Below the pieces are notes generated by a model. It did no database searches. It was not told the origin of the DNA and was given only the letters and a program-made list of their open reading frames with translations. A program made the position numbers and the translations under genes. 64,000 nucleotides of DNA from Bacteroidota bacterium (GTDB lineage: Bacteria; Bacteroidota; Bacteroidia; Chitinophagales; Chitinophagaceae). This document shows, one piece after another, positions 48,257 through 57,809 of this stretch. Where the stretch lies: NCBI GenBank assembly GCA_016711825.1, contig JADJSG010000006.1, forward strand, positions 717,232 through 781,231, read 5' to 3'. Every line of letters starts with the position of its first letter. The stretch's first letter is position 1.

Positions 48257-48877
48257 TTAATCTGATAAAAACACGATTTGCTGTGTGTCTATCACTGAAT
48301 CTCCTAATTCAAGCATGGCATTGATCAATGATACCTGCTGATAATGTTTTAAATCAGTCACGAATATATCTTTTTCAATCAATTGATTTGTTTCGAGTAA
48401 ATATTTCCTTTTGGTACCTTGCAATAAAGGATATAGAGGGGTATGCCACTCTACACCATTCCAAAATGCGAGATTAGCGTAGGTAGCATCTGTCAAACGT
48501 TGATGTTGCACAATGAGCACCTCGTTTTCGGGTCCTACTCGTTGGGTATAGTGCTCAAACACGCTTCTATCAGCATATTTAAGATGATAATCAATAGCAT
48601 TGTTTTCAACCCAGTAGAGGGTATTTATTTTTTTGATGTGATAGGGATTGCTTACAAAATGATGATGATGTAGGTCATAGAAGATGCTTAATTTTGTCAA
48701 TGCTTGTTTGTTTTTAACCACGAGATTAAAATAACCACGCATATCATCGAGGTTTTTTTTTGCGCCGTAATATTCCATACAAGTATGTTGAATACGTTGT
48801 AAATGCAGGTCAAGATGTTGCACCTCACCATTTTCGATTTTGAGGGTTTCAATAAATGGGAACATAAATTTTATCAT
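48257..48877 (-). CDS. Aminotransferase class IV-like protein (probable aminodeoxychorismate lyase)
   Basis: FIETLKIENGEVQHLDLHLQRI start typical of short class IV enzymes. It overlaps the pabB stop by 29 nt. The real start may be the internal M at 48865. Confidence 0.55.
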   Translation of the reverse strand: MIKFMFPFIETLKIENGEVQHLDLHLQRIQHTCMEYYGAKKNLDDMRGYFNLVVKNKQALTKLSIFYDLHHHHFVSNPYHIKKINTLYWVENNAIDYHLKYADRSVFEHYTQRVGPENEVLIVQHQRLTDATYANLAFWNGVEWHTPLYPLLQGTKRKYLLETNQLIEKDIFVTDLKHYQQVSLINAMLELGDSVIDTQQIVFLSD

Positions 48878-49871
48878 TTAATTCCTGATATTCTTTTTCC
48901 ATATCACTGTTCACAGTTATGCCTCCGCCACTTCTGTAAAAATATTCATCTTTTACTTTTTCAATAAATCGAATCATTACACAGCTATCAATATGTTCGC
49001 CATCAAAATAAAAGGCCACTCCTGTATAATAGCCTCTGGGGCATGCTTCGGCTTCTTGTATTGTTTCTATCGTTTTTTTCTTGGGGGCACCACTGATTGA
49101 GCCTGCTGGCAATAAGCTAAACAGCAAATCTCCTAAATGCAATCGGTAATCGTTCGGTAACAGACCTTTGATTTTAGTGCTTGCTTGTAATAAGTTTTTA
49201 TGATTGGAATGAATTTCTTCTAAATACCTAAACTTTTCTACCACCACCTCCGTCGACACTTTGTTTAAGTCGTTTCTGATTAAATCTACAATGGTATAAT
49301 GCTCTGCCAACTCCTTGCTGTCATGTAATAAAGTATGGGCGGCATTTGGCAAACGAGCATCTATGGTACCTTTCATCGGATACGAAAAAATAGCACCCTC
49401 ATGTATTTGAATAAAACATTCGGGAGAAAAACAAACCCATTCATCCTGATAACAAATTTTATACCGAGCTTGTGCCTGATTAAATATTTGCAAAAGGGTG
49501 GCATCAGTTTCTATTTTTGTTTTACCTGTGTAATTGGTAAGATAGCTATTGCCATATTTCAATGCTTTCATCACTTTATCATATCCTGCCTGGTAACTGG
49601 CTTTGGGCATACTATGTATGGTGTGTAAGTCAATAGATGCTGTAGGGCTTGAACTTTTTTTTGTAGAAGCTTGATTGGTATACGTAGGAAAAGATACCGC
49701 AATGTGTTGCGATGCAAGTTCTTCAAGGGTCAGCAATACAGGTTGTTGCATTTCAAAATCAACCATCATAAAAAAAGGTGTATGGGCAATGCTGTATTCG
49801 TTGATTTTTTTTATGACTTGCTGATGTGAATTCAAGAATAGTATGTTTAATTTGTGGTAAAAATAACTCAA
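48849..49871 (-). CDS. pabB: Aminodeoxychorismate synthase component I (short chorismate-binding enzyme)
   Basis: LLPAGSISGAPKKKT and YYTGVAFYFDG motifs of the TrpE/PabB family. TTG start at 49871, or TTG at 49835. Confidence 0.75.
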   Translation of the reverse strand: MSYFYHKLNILFLNSHQQVIKKINEYSIAHTPFFMMVDFEMQQPVLLTLEELASQHIAVSFPTYTNQASTKKSSSPTASIDLHTIHSMPKASYQAGYDKVMKALKYGNSYLTNYTGKTKIETDATLLQIFNQAQARYKICYQDEWVCFSPECFIQIHEGAIFSYPMKGTIDARLPNAAHTLLHDSKELAEHYTIVDLIRNDLNKVSTEVVVEKFRYLEEIHSNHKNLLQASTKIKGLLPNDYRLHLGDLLFSLLPAGSISGAPKKKTIETIQEAEACPRGYYTGVAFYFDGEHIDSCVMIRFIEKVKDEYFYRSGGGITVNSDMEKEYQELNDKIYVPIY

Positions 49872-49872
49872 T

Positions 49873-50442
49873 TTGAAATTACTATTGATTGATAATTACG
49901 ATTCCTTTACCTACAATATTGTAGCCTTATTGCATCAGTTATCGGTCACCACACTTGATATTTATAAAAACGACCAAATCACCGTTGCGGAAGCAGCCCA
50001 ATACGACAAAATTATTATTTCACCCGGACCAGCTACTCCCCATGAATCGGGCAATGTGCTGGCCATCATTGATGCCTTAGCCCCTACACATCCTATACTT
50101 GGTATTTGTTTAGGACATCAAGCCCTAGGGGTAGCCTTTGGTGCTACGCTCAAAAATCTTCCTCAGCCATATCATGGTTATCAAACCACGCTCAACATTC
50201 TTAAGCCTCATAAGATATATGCAAAACTCAGCAGCGATAAACCCATCAAAGTTGGTTTATATCATTCGTGGGTGGTAGATGATCAACAACTGCCTGCTTC
50301 GCTCCTCGTTACGGCTATTTCAGCCGAGGGTTATATTATGAGTATCAAGCATCAGGTATACGAGAGCCATGGCATTCAGTTTCATCCTGAAAGTTATATG
50401 ACGGATATGGGCAAAGAATTGATGCAGGGTTTTTTGGAATAA
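49873..50442 (+). CDS. pabA: Aminodeoxychorismate/anthranilate synthase component II (glutamine amidotransferase)
   Basis: LLIDNYDSFTYN, GICLGHQ and FHPES triad motifs. A TTG start is required to keep the conserved N-terminus. Confidence 0.85.
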   Translation: MKLLLIDNYDSFTYNIVALLHQLSVTTLDIYKNDQITVAEAAQYDKIIISPGPATPHESGNVLAIIDALAPTHPILGICLGHQALGVAFGATLKNLPQPYHGYQTTLNILKPHKIYAKLSSDKPIKVGLYHSWVVDDQQLPASLLVTAISAEGYIMSIKHQVYESHGIQFHPESYMTDMGKELMQGFLE

Positions 50443-50470
50443 GGGTTACAAGCAGCCTATTGCGTAAGGT

Positions 50471-51544
50471 TTATACCATTTCACCAGCTTTCATTTTTTC
50501 AGCATTTTCGGCAAACTGCAAGGCATCTAACATATCTTGTATATCACCATTTACAAAGTTGTCGAGTGCATAAATGGTTTTATTGATACGATGATCGGTA
50601 ATACGACCTTGTGGCCAGTTGTAGGTTCTGATTTTAGCCGAGCGGTCGCCACTGCTTACAAGGGTTTTACGACTTTTTGCGATGGCTTCTTCGTGTTTAC
50701 GTACTTCTTCTTCATAAAGTTTGGTACGCATCATTTCGGTTGCACGTATTCTATTGCCAAGTTGTGAACGATCGGTTTGGCAGGTAACCACGGTACCGGT
50801 TGGGATATGGGTTAAAATGACTTTTGTTTCTACTTTATTTACATTTTGTCCACCAGCACCACCACTTCGAGCGGTTTCCATCTTGAGGTCTGACTCTTTC
50901 AATTCAAAATCGACCTCTTCGGCTTCGGGCATCACGGCTACGGTAGCAGCAGAAGTATGTACACGTCCACTTCCTTCGGTGGCAGGTACACGTTGCACAC
51001 GATGAACACCGCTTTCATATTTCAAGGTACCATATACATCATCGCCCACTACTTCGAGTATGACTTCTTTAAAACCACCTGAGGTGCCTTCGCTTTCATC
51101 GATGATGGATACTTTCCAACCGCGTGCTTCACAATATCGGATATACATACGCATGAGGTCGCCAGCAAAAATACTGGCTTCGTCGCCACCGGTGCCTGCA
51201 CGTATTTCCATCACAACATTTTTTTCATCTTGTGGGTCTTTGGGTATAAGCAGTTGGTGTATGGTATCTTCTAAGGTGGTTTTTGAGGTTTCCAGACTAA
51301 TTAAATCTTCTTTCGCCATTTCGCGAAGTTCTACATCACTTTCAGTTTCCAATACATCTTTGGCAAAAGCGAGGGCATCTAAGCAATTTTTATATTGTTT
51401 ATAAGCATCTACAATTTTTTCCAGTTTGCGATATTCTTTGCTGAGTTGTGAATATTTTTTTTGATCCGACACTACATCCGGATTGGTGAGTGATACACCA
51501 ATATTATCAAATCTTCCTTTGATGGCTTCTAACTTATCGAGCAT
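50471..51544 (-). CDS. prfA: Peptide chain release factor 1
   Basis: PAT tripeptide (RVPATE) and [17 protein letters not shown] motif. 357 aa. Confidence 0.95.
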   Translation of the reverse strand: MLDKLEAIKGRFDNIGVSLTNPDVVSDQKKYSQLSKEYRKLEKIVDAYKQYKNCLDALAFAKDVLETESDVELREMAKEDLISLETSKTTLEDTIHQLLIPKDPQDEKNVVMEIRAGTGGDEASIFAGDLMRMYIRYCEARGWKVSIIDESEGTSGGFKEVILEVVGDDVYGTLKYESGVHRVQRVPATEGSGRVHTSAATVAVMPEAEEVDFELKESDLKMETARSGGAGGQNVNKVETKVILTHIPTGTVVTCQTDRSQLGNRIRATEMMRTKLYEEEVRKHEEAIAKSRKTLVSSGDRSAKIRTYNWPQGRITDHRINKTIYALDNFVNGDIQDMLDALQFAENAEKMKAGEMV

Positions 51545-51672
51545 AGGGGCGCAAAGATAATTTTAAAAAATGATTTACAATTACTAAACTTCAGGAGAAA
51601 ATAGGTTGGATGCAAAAAAAACGATGGTTAAAATTTTTGAATTTTGATTCGGAAGGTAATTATTTGTGAAAT

Positions 51673-51907
51673 ATTAAAGCCCGACCAGCAAGTACAGAAA
51701 TAGCGGCTAATGAAATTTTGCTTTATCCAAATCTGAGTAGTACTTATATAGATGTGGGATATGAGATTAGAGAAATGTTACATTAGAAATGTATAATGCC
51801 TTAGGCCAGCAAATCCCCTGTGTGCATTCATGAGAATGTATTATCTTAGGTGCCTGCCAGTCGGGCAGACTGGTGAGAATGAAGTGAAGAAGGTAATTAT
51901 TGAATGA
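51673..51907 (+). pseudogene. Orphan T9SS CTD remnant (no cargo domain, internal stops)
   Basis: LLYPNLSSTYIDVGYEI...(stop)EMYNALGQQI...(frame change)MYYLRC-LPVGQTG-ENEVKKVIIE(stop). The last ~45 nt are ~90% identical to 54457-54504. Confidence 0.7.
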
Positions 51908-51910
51908 ATT

Positions 51911-52481
51911 GTCTGAACCGCAGATAGCACAGATAAGATTGATGGAGCAGATACTATGTAAAATTTATTCTATGTTCTATTAAAATCTTATTTTTGATTT
52001 ATGATTGAAGAAGGAAAATACAAGGAACTAACAGGCAAAATTATTGGTTGCGCAATGGAAGTTCATAATGTATTGGGCTGCGGATTTCAGGAAGTTATTT
52101 ATCAACGTGCGTTGGAAATTGAAATGCGGAATGCCGGTATCGCATTTCTAAGAGAATTTGAGATGTCTATATTATATAAAGAAAATCCTATTGGAACTAG
52201 ACGTGTGGATTTTTTTGTTGAAAATGTGATAAGTGTTGAATTAAAGGCACTTACAGCATTAGAAGATGTAAATATCACGCAAGCACTTAACTATTTAGAA
52301 GCCTATAATTTAGAAATTGGTTTACTAATTAATTTTGGTTCAAAAAGACTAGTTTTTAAACGTCTAGTAAATTCAAAATATAAATGATTATGATTCAAAA
52401 TATAAAAAAAGAATTAGTCATCATCATAAGCATTACTCTATCTGCTGCATCCAACAAATCTGCATTTTCTGCGGTTCAGAC
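51911..52481 (+). mobile_element. 571-bp cassette with ~44-bp imperfect terminal inverted repeats carrying a GxxExxY gene
   Basis: Left end 51911-51954 versus the reverse complement of 52438-52481: the outer 14 nt GTCTGAACCGCAGA are identical, and about 34/44 match overall. Each arm holds three (G/A)CAGAT units. Confidence 0.6.
52001..52387 (+). CDS. GxxExxY family protein (PD-(D/E)XK-like)
   Basis: 128 aa. GCGFQEVIYQRALEIEM contains G-x-x-E-x-x-Y. Later RVDFFVE...ISVELKA nuclease-like core. Confidence 0.8.
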   Translation: MIEEGKYKELTGKIIGCAMEVHNVLGCGFQEVIYQRALEIEMRNAGIAFLREFEMSILYKENPIGTRRVDFFVENVISVELKALTALEDVNITQALNYLEAYNLEIGLLINFGSKRLVFKRLVNSKYK

Positions 52482-52482
52482 A

Positions 52483-52983
52483 ATGTGTCCTTATGTTGGC
52501 GGAAGTGCTGTGTACAAAGCAAGGGTACTATATAGTGCACTTGATCCTATAATGCAATACAACGACCGACTGATGTGCATACAAGGCCAAAACAAAAATG
52601 GCGATAATGGATATGTCAATGTTGATAGACTCTATGAAGCACAAACAAATGAGGAAGCAAATAAATTGACACAACTTCAAGGAATAAATAATAACGCATA
52701 CAAAGTAGATTTCATAAAAATTGCTACTGATAAATTTGAAGATATTTTGGTTTATCCCAATCCTGCACGTGATGTTATCTTTATTTCGGACTTACCTGAA
52801 GATGGAGAGTTTGAACTCTCCGATTTGTTAGGCAATTCAATTTTAAAGCAAACAATTAAGGCTAGTGTTGCTGCTCAAAAGGTACCGCTTCCTGTTTTAC
52901 CGAATGGAATATACGGTTACAAAATAAAGCTATCTAAAAATTTCTATAGTGGCAAACTAAATATCTTGCAACATGATAAATAA
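52483..52983 (+). CDS. T9SS CTD-bearing fragment without a signal peptide (probable gene remnant)
   Basis: The ORF-track start at 52384 lies inside the cassette. The first ATG outside the right TIR is 52483. C-terminal LVYPNPARDVIFI...GIYGYKIKL CTD. Confidence 0.45.
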   Translation: MCPYVGGSAVYKARVLYSALDPIMQYNDRLMCIQGQNKNGDNGYVNVDRLYEAQTNEEANKLTQLQGINNNAYKVDFIKIATDKFEDILVYPNPARDVIFISDLPEDGEFELSDLLGNSILKQTIKASVAAQKVPLPVLPNGIYGYKIKLSKNFYSGKLNILQHDK

Positions 52984-54504
52984 TAAGATAATTGTAATAA
53001 TTTGCATACTAGTGTATTCCCTTCACATAAATGCTCAAGATAGAAGGGGTTACACAGTTATTTACGGTGGTAGTGCCGATTATTTGAAATTTAGTGGAGA
53101 TACAAGTATGCCGCAAACAGGACATTACTTTCCGTTTGTACCAATAAAGATATTTGGAAATGCTACAAGCAATATTTGTGATAGTTTTTCGGGTGGGTTG
53201 AGAATGCTTTGCAATGGTTATATTTTGTATGATACCGTGGGTAATATCATTGAAAATGGAGATACATTAGTGAATACAAAGCTTTATAATTCAAACTGTT
53301 GCCCTTCAAGTGGTATCTACACGCAAGGCTCAATCATATTGCCAAAAGGTAGCAATAATCAATACTATTTATTTAATGTATCTGTTACTGATTCCATGTT
53401 CACCTATTGGAATACTAACCCATTTGGCGATGGTCGGTTTCCTTTTGACATCTTACAATATCATGTAGTAGATATGAATGCAAATGCAGGTATGGGTAAG
53501 GTAATACAAAAGAAGAAAATAATTTTGGAAAATCAAGAGTTAAATATAACAGGTATGATGGCTTGTAAACATGCCAATGGGTATGACTGGTGGTTACTCA
53601 AGCAGGGGGCGAACGCGAATACTATATATACTTTTTGGTAACAAAAGACACGGTATTATTTGACACCGTTCAGACTTTTCAAACACCAATATTTGGCTAC
53701 TACGGTATAGCGGGACAAAGCTGTTTTAATAGCGATGGAAGTAAATATGTTTTTGCTACGGGGGGAGGCTTTTTAAATAATCAAGGTGCACATCTATTTA
53801 TTGCCGATTTTGATAGGTGCTATGGTGTATTAAGCAATGTAAAAGAAATAAAAGTGCCTTATGATTCTACCCATACTATTTTAGATACCTTGTGGCAGTG
53901 CATGGATTCTTTAATAACTGGTGTTTGCTTCTCACCAAATGATAGTTTTTTATATATATCACGCCGGTATAACATGTATCAATATGACTTGCATGAAGCA
54001 GATAGTGTACTAGCAATGTATTTAATACCACAAATTCCACCTGTTGTTGGCGATGTTGAAAAGGGGCACTTGCAATTAGGTATTGATGGAAGAATTTATA
54101 TAGGTAAACTGAGCGGTAGTGGTAGTTACAATAGCTTAATACACAAGCCAAACAATAAGGGAATGGCGTGCAATTTTTGTAAAGTTTGTTTGTATTGTGA
54201 TTCATGCGATTTTACTATGTCATTATCTAATATGCCCAACTTTAACATGCCAAAGAAGGAGCCCTGCTATCCACTTGCTAATGGAGAAATACAAAAGGAT
54301 ATAGAAGAATTGGATATTTATCCCAATCCTAGCAGTACCGTCTGTATCATCAAAAATAAACAAGGCAAAAAAAAGGAGTTGTATAATGTATTAGGTGAGC
54401 TACTATTTTCTACCAAAGAAGATGAAATAGATGTTAGGCATTTAGCCAAAGGGATGTATTATCTTCGTTGCGAGAATGAAGTGAAGAAGGTTATTATTGA
54501 ATAG
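52973..54504 (+). pseudogene. T9SS cargo gene split by one frameshift
   Basis: Signal peptide ...SLHINA|Q in 52973-53641. The reading frame continues in 53590-54504, which ends in IYPNPSSTVCII...GMYYLRC CTD. The frame change lies within 53604-53637 (a G5 or T5 run). Confidence 0.7.
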
Positions 54505-54871
54505 ATGAACAATACTTTGTGCACCCATAAACTGGAAAATAAAAATATTTACATTGAAATCGATTCAAGGCATGATAAGCGTTTCGAACAAGCAACATCA
54601 AATGTTCAAAGAACTTTTTTTATCTGTAGTACGAGATGCCGCAGAGCCGAACATCTCAAGCAGCGTGATTTCTCATTAACCATCATCTAATGCCGTTTGG
54701 TGGGTCACTTACCTGTAGTAAAATTTATTTATCAAATCTAAAACTCCTCTCCCCTAAGCCTGTGACTTCGTGATACTTATGTTCTTCGTTGGCTTAACTA
54801 AAATATTGTCACGACAAGCAAAAACTAATTTTGTTCGGCGGGCGCGAATGCGTCTAAGCTTGCAACTTTGC

Positions 54872-56647
54872 TTAATTGTCGCGTTGCAACCTGAAGCTTC
54901 CCGTCACGCTATAAGTATTGGTTGTGGGATATCCTTTGACGTTTGCAGTAAAGGTGCCTTCTACAAATCCTGGAAATGCAGGGTAGGCAGTGAACGTAGT
55001 GGTACTGCCCGCCAATAGGTCATAACTGCTTTCGATCGGTGCGATATTCAACAGGTCGCAGGTGTTGATGTTTAAAGTACCCACCGATGCCCCATTTACA
55101 TTAATATGCACATAACTCATGCCTTCAGTTGTATAAAGCGTGGTGCTGGGAAGTCCGCCGTTACAAGTCAGGGTTGCTGCCGGCAACAGGAAAGTCCTTG
55201 TGGTAACCACTTGTGTGGCATTATTTTGCATGTTGATTGTAAGGTATTCGCTTTGATTTCCACAGGCGTCCAATATGCCCAGGTTGTTGGGCCCTGCTGT
55301 TAATATATGAGTTGAAATGCCGAAAACATTTGTGGCCAGGTCATACGTGTTTAATATCATACTGCCGGCCGGAACACAGGAGAAAGTATGATTGATGTTG
55401 CCGTTTGCATCCGGAATTAAAAATAAATTCAAAGTAGGACTGTATACAAATGCATTGGATAGTGGATTAGCCTGGCAATTGTGTATCACCGCGCTGATGC
55501 TGCATCCACCGATATTGTTGATGGTAATAATTCCGAGGTTCTGATTTGCTGCAGTGGTAGTTATCGTTGACGTATATATGGGTGTTGCACCACAGCCATT
55601 GCTTGGCAAAACTTCAAGAAGTAAAGTGGCATTGGCATAACACTGACCCCCAAGCCAGCCCGTATTATTACTGATGCCGTCCCGATCATCTGAATTTGCG
55701 ACATTAGTAAGTCGCACTGTATAACCGCTCATGGGTGCACCATTCTGATCCTGTAAAATCATTTCCAGAAAAACGGATTGATGCGGACCATCGACGTTCC
55801 AGAAACTGAAATGTTTTATTTTACCGTAATATTTACTTCCCTGCAATCTAGCCTGACCATCTTCCATCCAATATCCTTTAGTTTCATCATAATACCACAA
55901 TGGAATAGAATCCAGGGCGGTTGCCAGCATTCCGGAGGGAACCGGTATGTATAAGCCTGCTTCTACACCGGAGATCAATTGCAATTCGTTTCCCGCAGTA
56001 CCATAAATCTCTGCAGCCATCATTCCAAAACTTTCGAGCGTTTTTTCAATCCCATTTATATTTAGGCCAAGTAAATTGCCGGGCATGGTTTTCCTTCCTG
56101 TGGTTGTAGTCGGGTTGATATACTTCGCATATACTGACACCTGCCCATTGTAAGGTGTTCCACTTGCTTTGTCAACTATTGCATTGGGGGGAAAACTTAT
56201 TACAAGACCATTGGCGAAATTCAGGGAAGCACCAGAGGCAGCATCAAAAGTTGACGGATTTCCTTTAGGCATCAGGAAAATAAAGACAGGATGCGTTTGG
56301 TTTTGTTTTACTGATAAGGTTTTAGAACCTTTAAAATATCCGTCTTTGTAAACACTGATTACCGTATTTTTAGAAGATGTTTGGATATTGTTTAAATAGA
56401 AAATACCACTGGCATCGCTATTTGTACTGTTGTTTCCGCAGGTCACAATTGCATCAGATAAGGGAAGTCCTGTTGCATCTTTTACGACACCACAGATGGA
56501 AGCAATCACGGTACTGCCGCTAGTACCACCAGGATTAGCTGGTGGATTATTTTTATCTTTATTGCAGGATTGAATTGTGGAAAGAGAACACAGGAATAGA
56601 ATGAGCAATGTGAATAGAGAAGTGGTTTTCATAGTTTTAATTGACAT
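54872..56647 (-). CDS. Lipoprotein with N-terminal carboxypeptidase-regulatory-like domain, compositionally atypical
   Basis: Lipobox TIQSC. ICGVVKDATGLPLSDAIVTCG...SGIFYLNNI resembles a CarboxypepD_reg fold. G+C is visibly higher than the surroundings. Confidence 0.65.
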   Translation of the reverse strand: MSIKTMKTTSLFTLLILFLCSLSTIQSCNKDKNNPPANPGGTSGSTVIASICGVVKDATGLPLSDAIVTCGNNSTNSDASGIFYLNNIQTSSKNTVISVYKDGYFKGSKTLSVKQNQTHPVFIFLMPKGNPSTFDAASGASLNFANGLVISFPPNAIVDKASGTPYNGQVSVYAKYINPTTTTGRKTMPGNLLGLNINGIEKTLESFGMMAAEIYGTAGNELQLISGVEAGLYIPVPSGMLATALDSIPLWYYDETKGYWMEDGQARLQGSKYYGKIKHFSFWNVDGPHQSVFLEMILQDQNGAPMSGYTVRLTNVANSDDRDGISNNTGWLGGQCYANATLLLEVLPSNGCGATPIYTSTITTTAANQNLGIITINNIGGCSISAVIHNCQANPLSNAFVYSPTLNLFLIPDANGNINHTFSCVPAGSMILNTYDLATNVFGISTHILTAGPNNLGILDACGNQSEYLTINMQNNATQVVTTRTFLLPAATLTCNGGLPSTTLYTTEGMSYVHINVNGASVGTLNINTCDLLNIAPIESSYDLLAGSTTTFTAYPAFPGFVEGTFTANVKGYPTTNTYSVTGSFRLQRDN

Positions 56648-56662
56648 TTTATTTGATGATTG

Positions 56663-57085
56663 TCAAGCTTCACAAGATTGATGATGTAAATTGATGATTT
56701 GTTTATTCAAATTTATGATTTTATTATTCAAATTGTCTGATATATCTATAAACAGTTCAGATTTAAGTTTATACCATTTTAGAATAGCATCAAAAGGAGT
56801 TTTAACATTAATTTCATTTCTTAAAGATACATTTCGTCTGTTCAAATTATAAGACACTAAAAAATTTAAGAACTCTTTTTCAAATTCCTTTTTATGTCAT
56901 ATTTTTATTTCAATATGGTATTGTTTTTAATTGTTCCATATACGCTTTCAACTATTCCATTCGTTTTAGGTGTTGATAAAAGGGTGCATTTATATTCAAT
57001 ATTATTTTCATTACACTTTATATCAATTAGAGATGGATTGGTACACAAATTGCCTTTTTTACTTTTCGTCAAACTATTCGTACAT
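56663..57085 (-). pseudogene. Relic of a DDE (rve/integrase-core) transposase C-terminus
   Basis: Minus-strand translation gives ...IEYKCTLLSTPKTNGIVESVYGTIKNN(stop), then in another frame KEFEKEFLNFLVSYNLNRRNVSLRNEINVKTPFDAILKW. Compare the P-x-TNG-x-x-E-R...T-x-K and YN..RxH.SL...TP motifs of IS481/IS3-type enzymes. Confidence 0.5.
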
Positions 57086-57100
57086 TCAAATTTTTAATCT

Positions 57101-57625
57101 ATGAAAAAGTTACTTGTACTGTACTTAATCTTTTCACCTATCATCATCTTAAATAGTATAGCACAAAGCAATCGAATAAACGATGGCTTACAACTATTTA
57201 AAAATATTGAACAAATTGAATATTGTGTACTCCTTCCTTTAAATGAATATGTTGAAAAGAGGGCTGTTGAACGAACGAAGCATTCCTTTGTCAATAAAAA
57301 AAACAATGCATTGGTTATAAATTTAAAAGGCTATTACAGCGATGACAAAAGCATTACACTCGAAAAACTGTGCGCACTTAAATATACTGCTGAAGATGAA
57401 GAACATGGCAAAATTATAAAAACAAAAGGGATCTCAAATACCAATCACTGCTTTTACGCCATAGGATATTATAATAATTTGATCTATAAATATGAATTTA
57501 TAGAAATCACCTGGGTTCGAAATGATGAAATAACTGTTCTAGAATTAAATTATCGTTTGAAAGATAAAGCACTCTGGCAAAAAAGATTAAAAACCATCAT
57601 AAAAAATTCTGAATGTCCAGAGTGA
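57101..57625 (+). CDS. Secreted protein, unknown function
   Basis: Signal peptide ...LNSIA|Q. No motif recognised. Confidence 0.5.
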   Translation: MKKLLVLYLIFSPIIILNSIAQSNRINDGLQLFKNIEQIEYCVLLPLNEYVEKRAVERTKHSFVNKKNNALVINLKGYYSDDKSITLEKLCALKYTAEDEEHGKIIKTKGISNTNHCFYAIGYYNNLIYKYEFIEITWVRNDEITVLELNYRLKDKALWQKRLKTIIKNSECPE

Positions 57626-57809
57626 CTACTCAAAATGATGTCATGTCGAATTGGTTAATGAAATATTCGAGATGATGAAGTAGCATTTCATCGCATTAAA
57701 GAGTCTATTGCACAATCTGGGTTAAATACATTTGGTATAATAACATCATAGGTAGTTAAAGAAATTTAACTATCTTCAAACCGCCAACAGAATCAATAGT
57801 ATACAAACA

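Noticed and set aside
54505-55018. ORFs 54505-54690 (61 aa) and 54770-55018 (82 aa) near the GC-rich island.
   Set aside because: No recognisable motif was found. The second overlaps the 3' end of the convincing minus-strand lipoprotein gene. The first starts on the stop codon of the preceding gene and has an Arg/Cys-rich composition. I also found no tRNA-like or att-like structure here despite looking.
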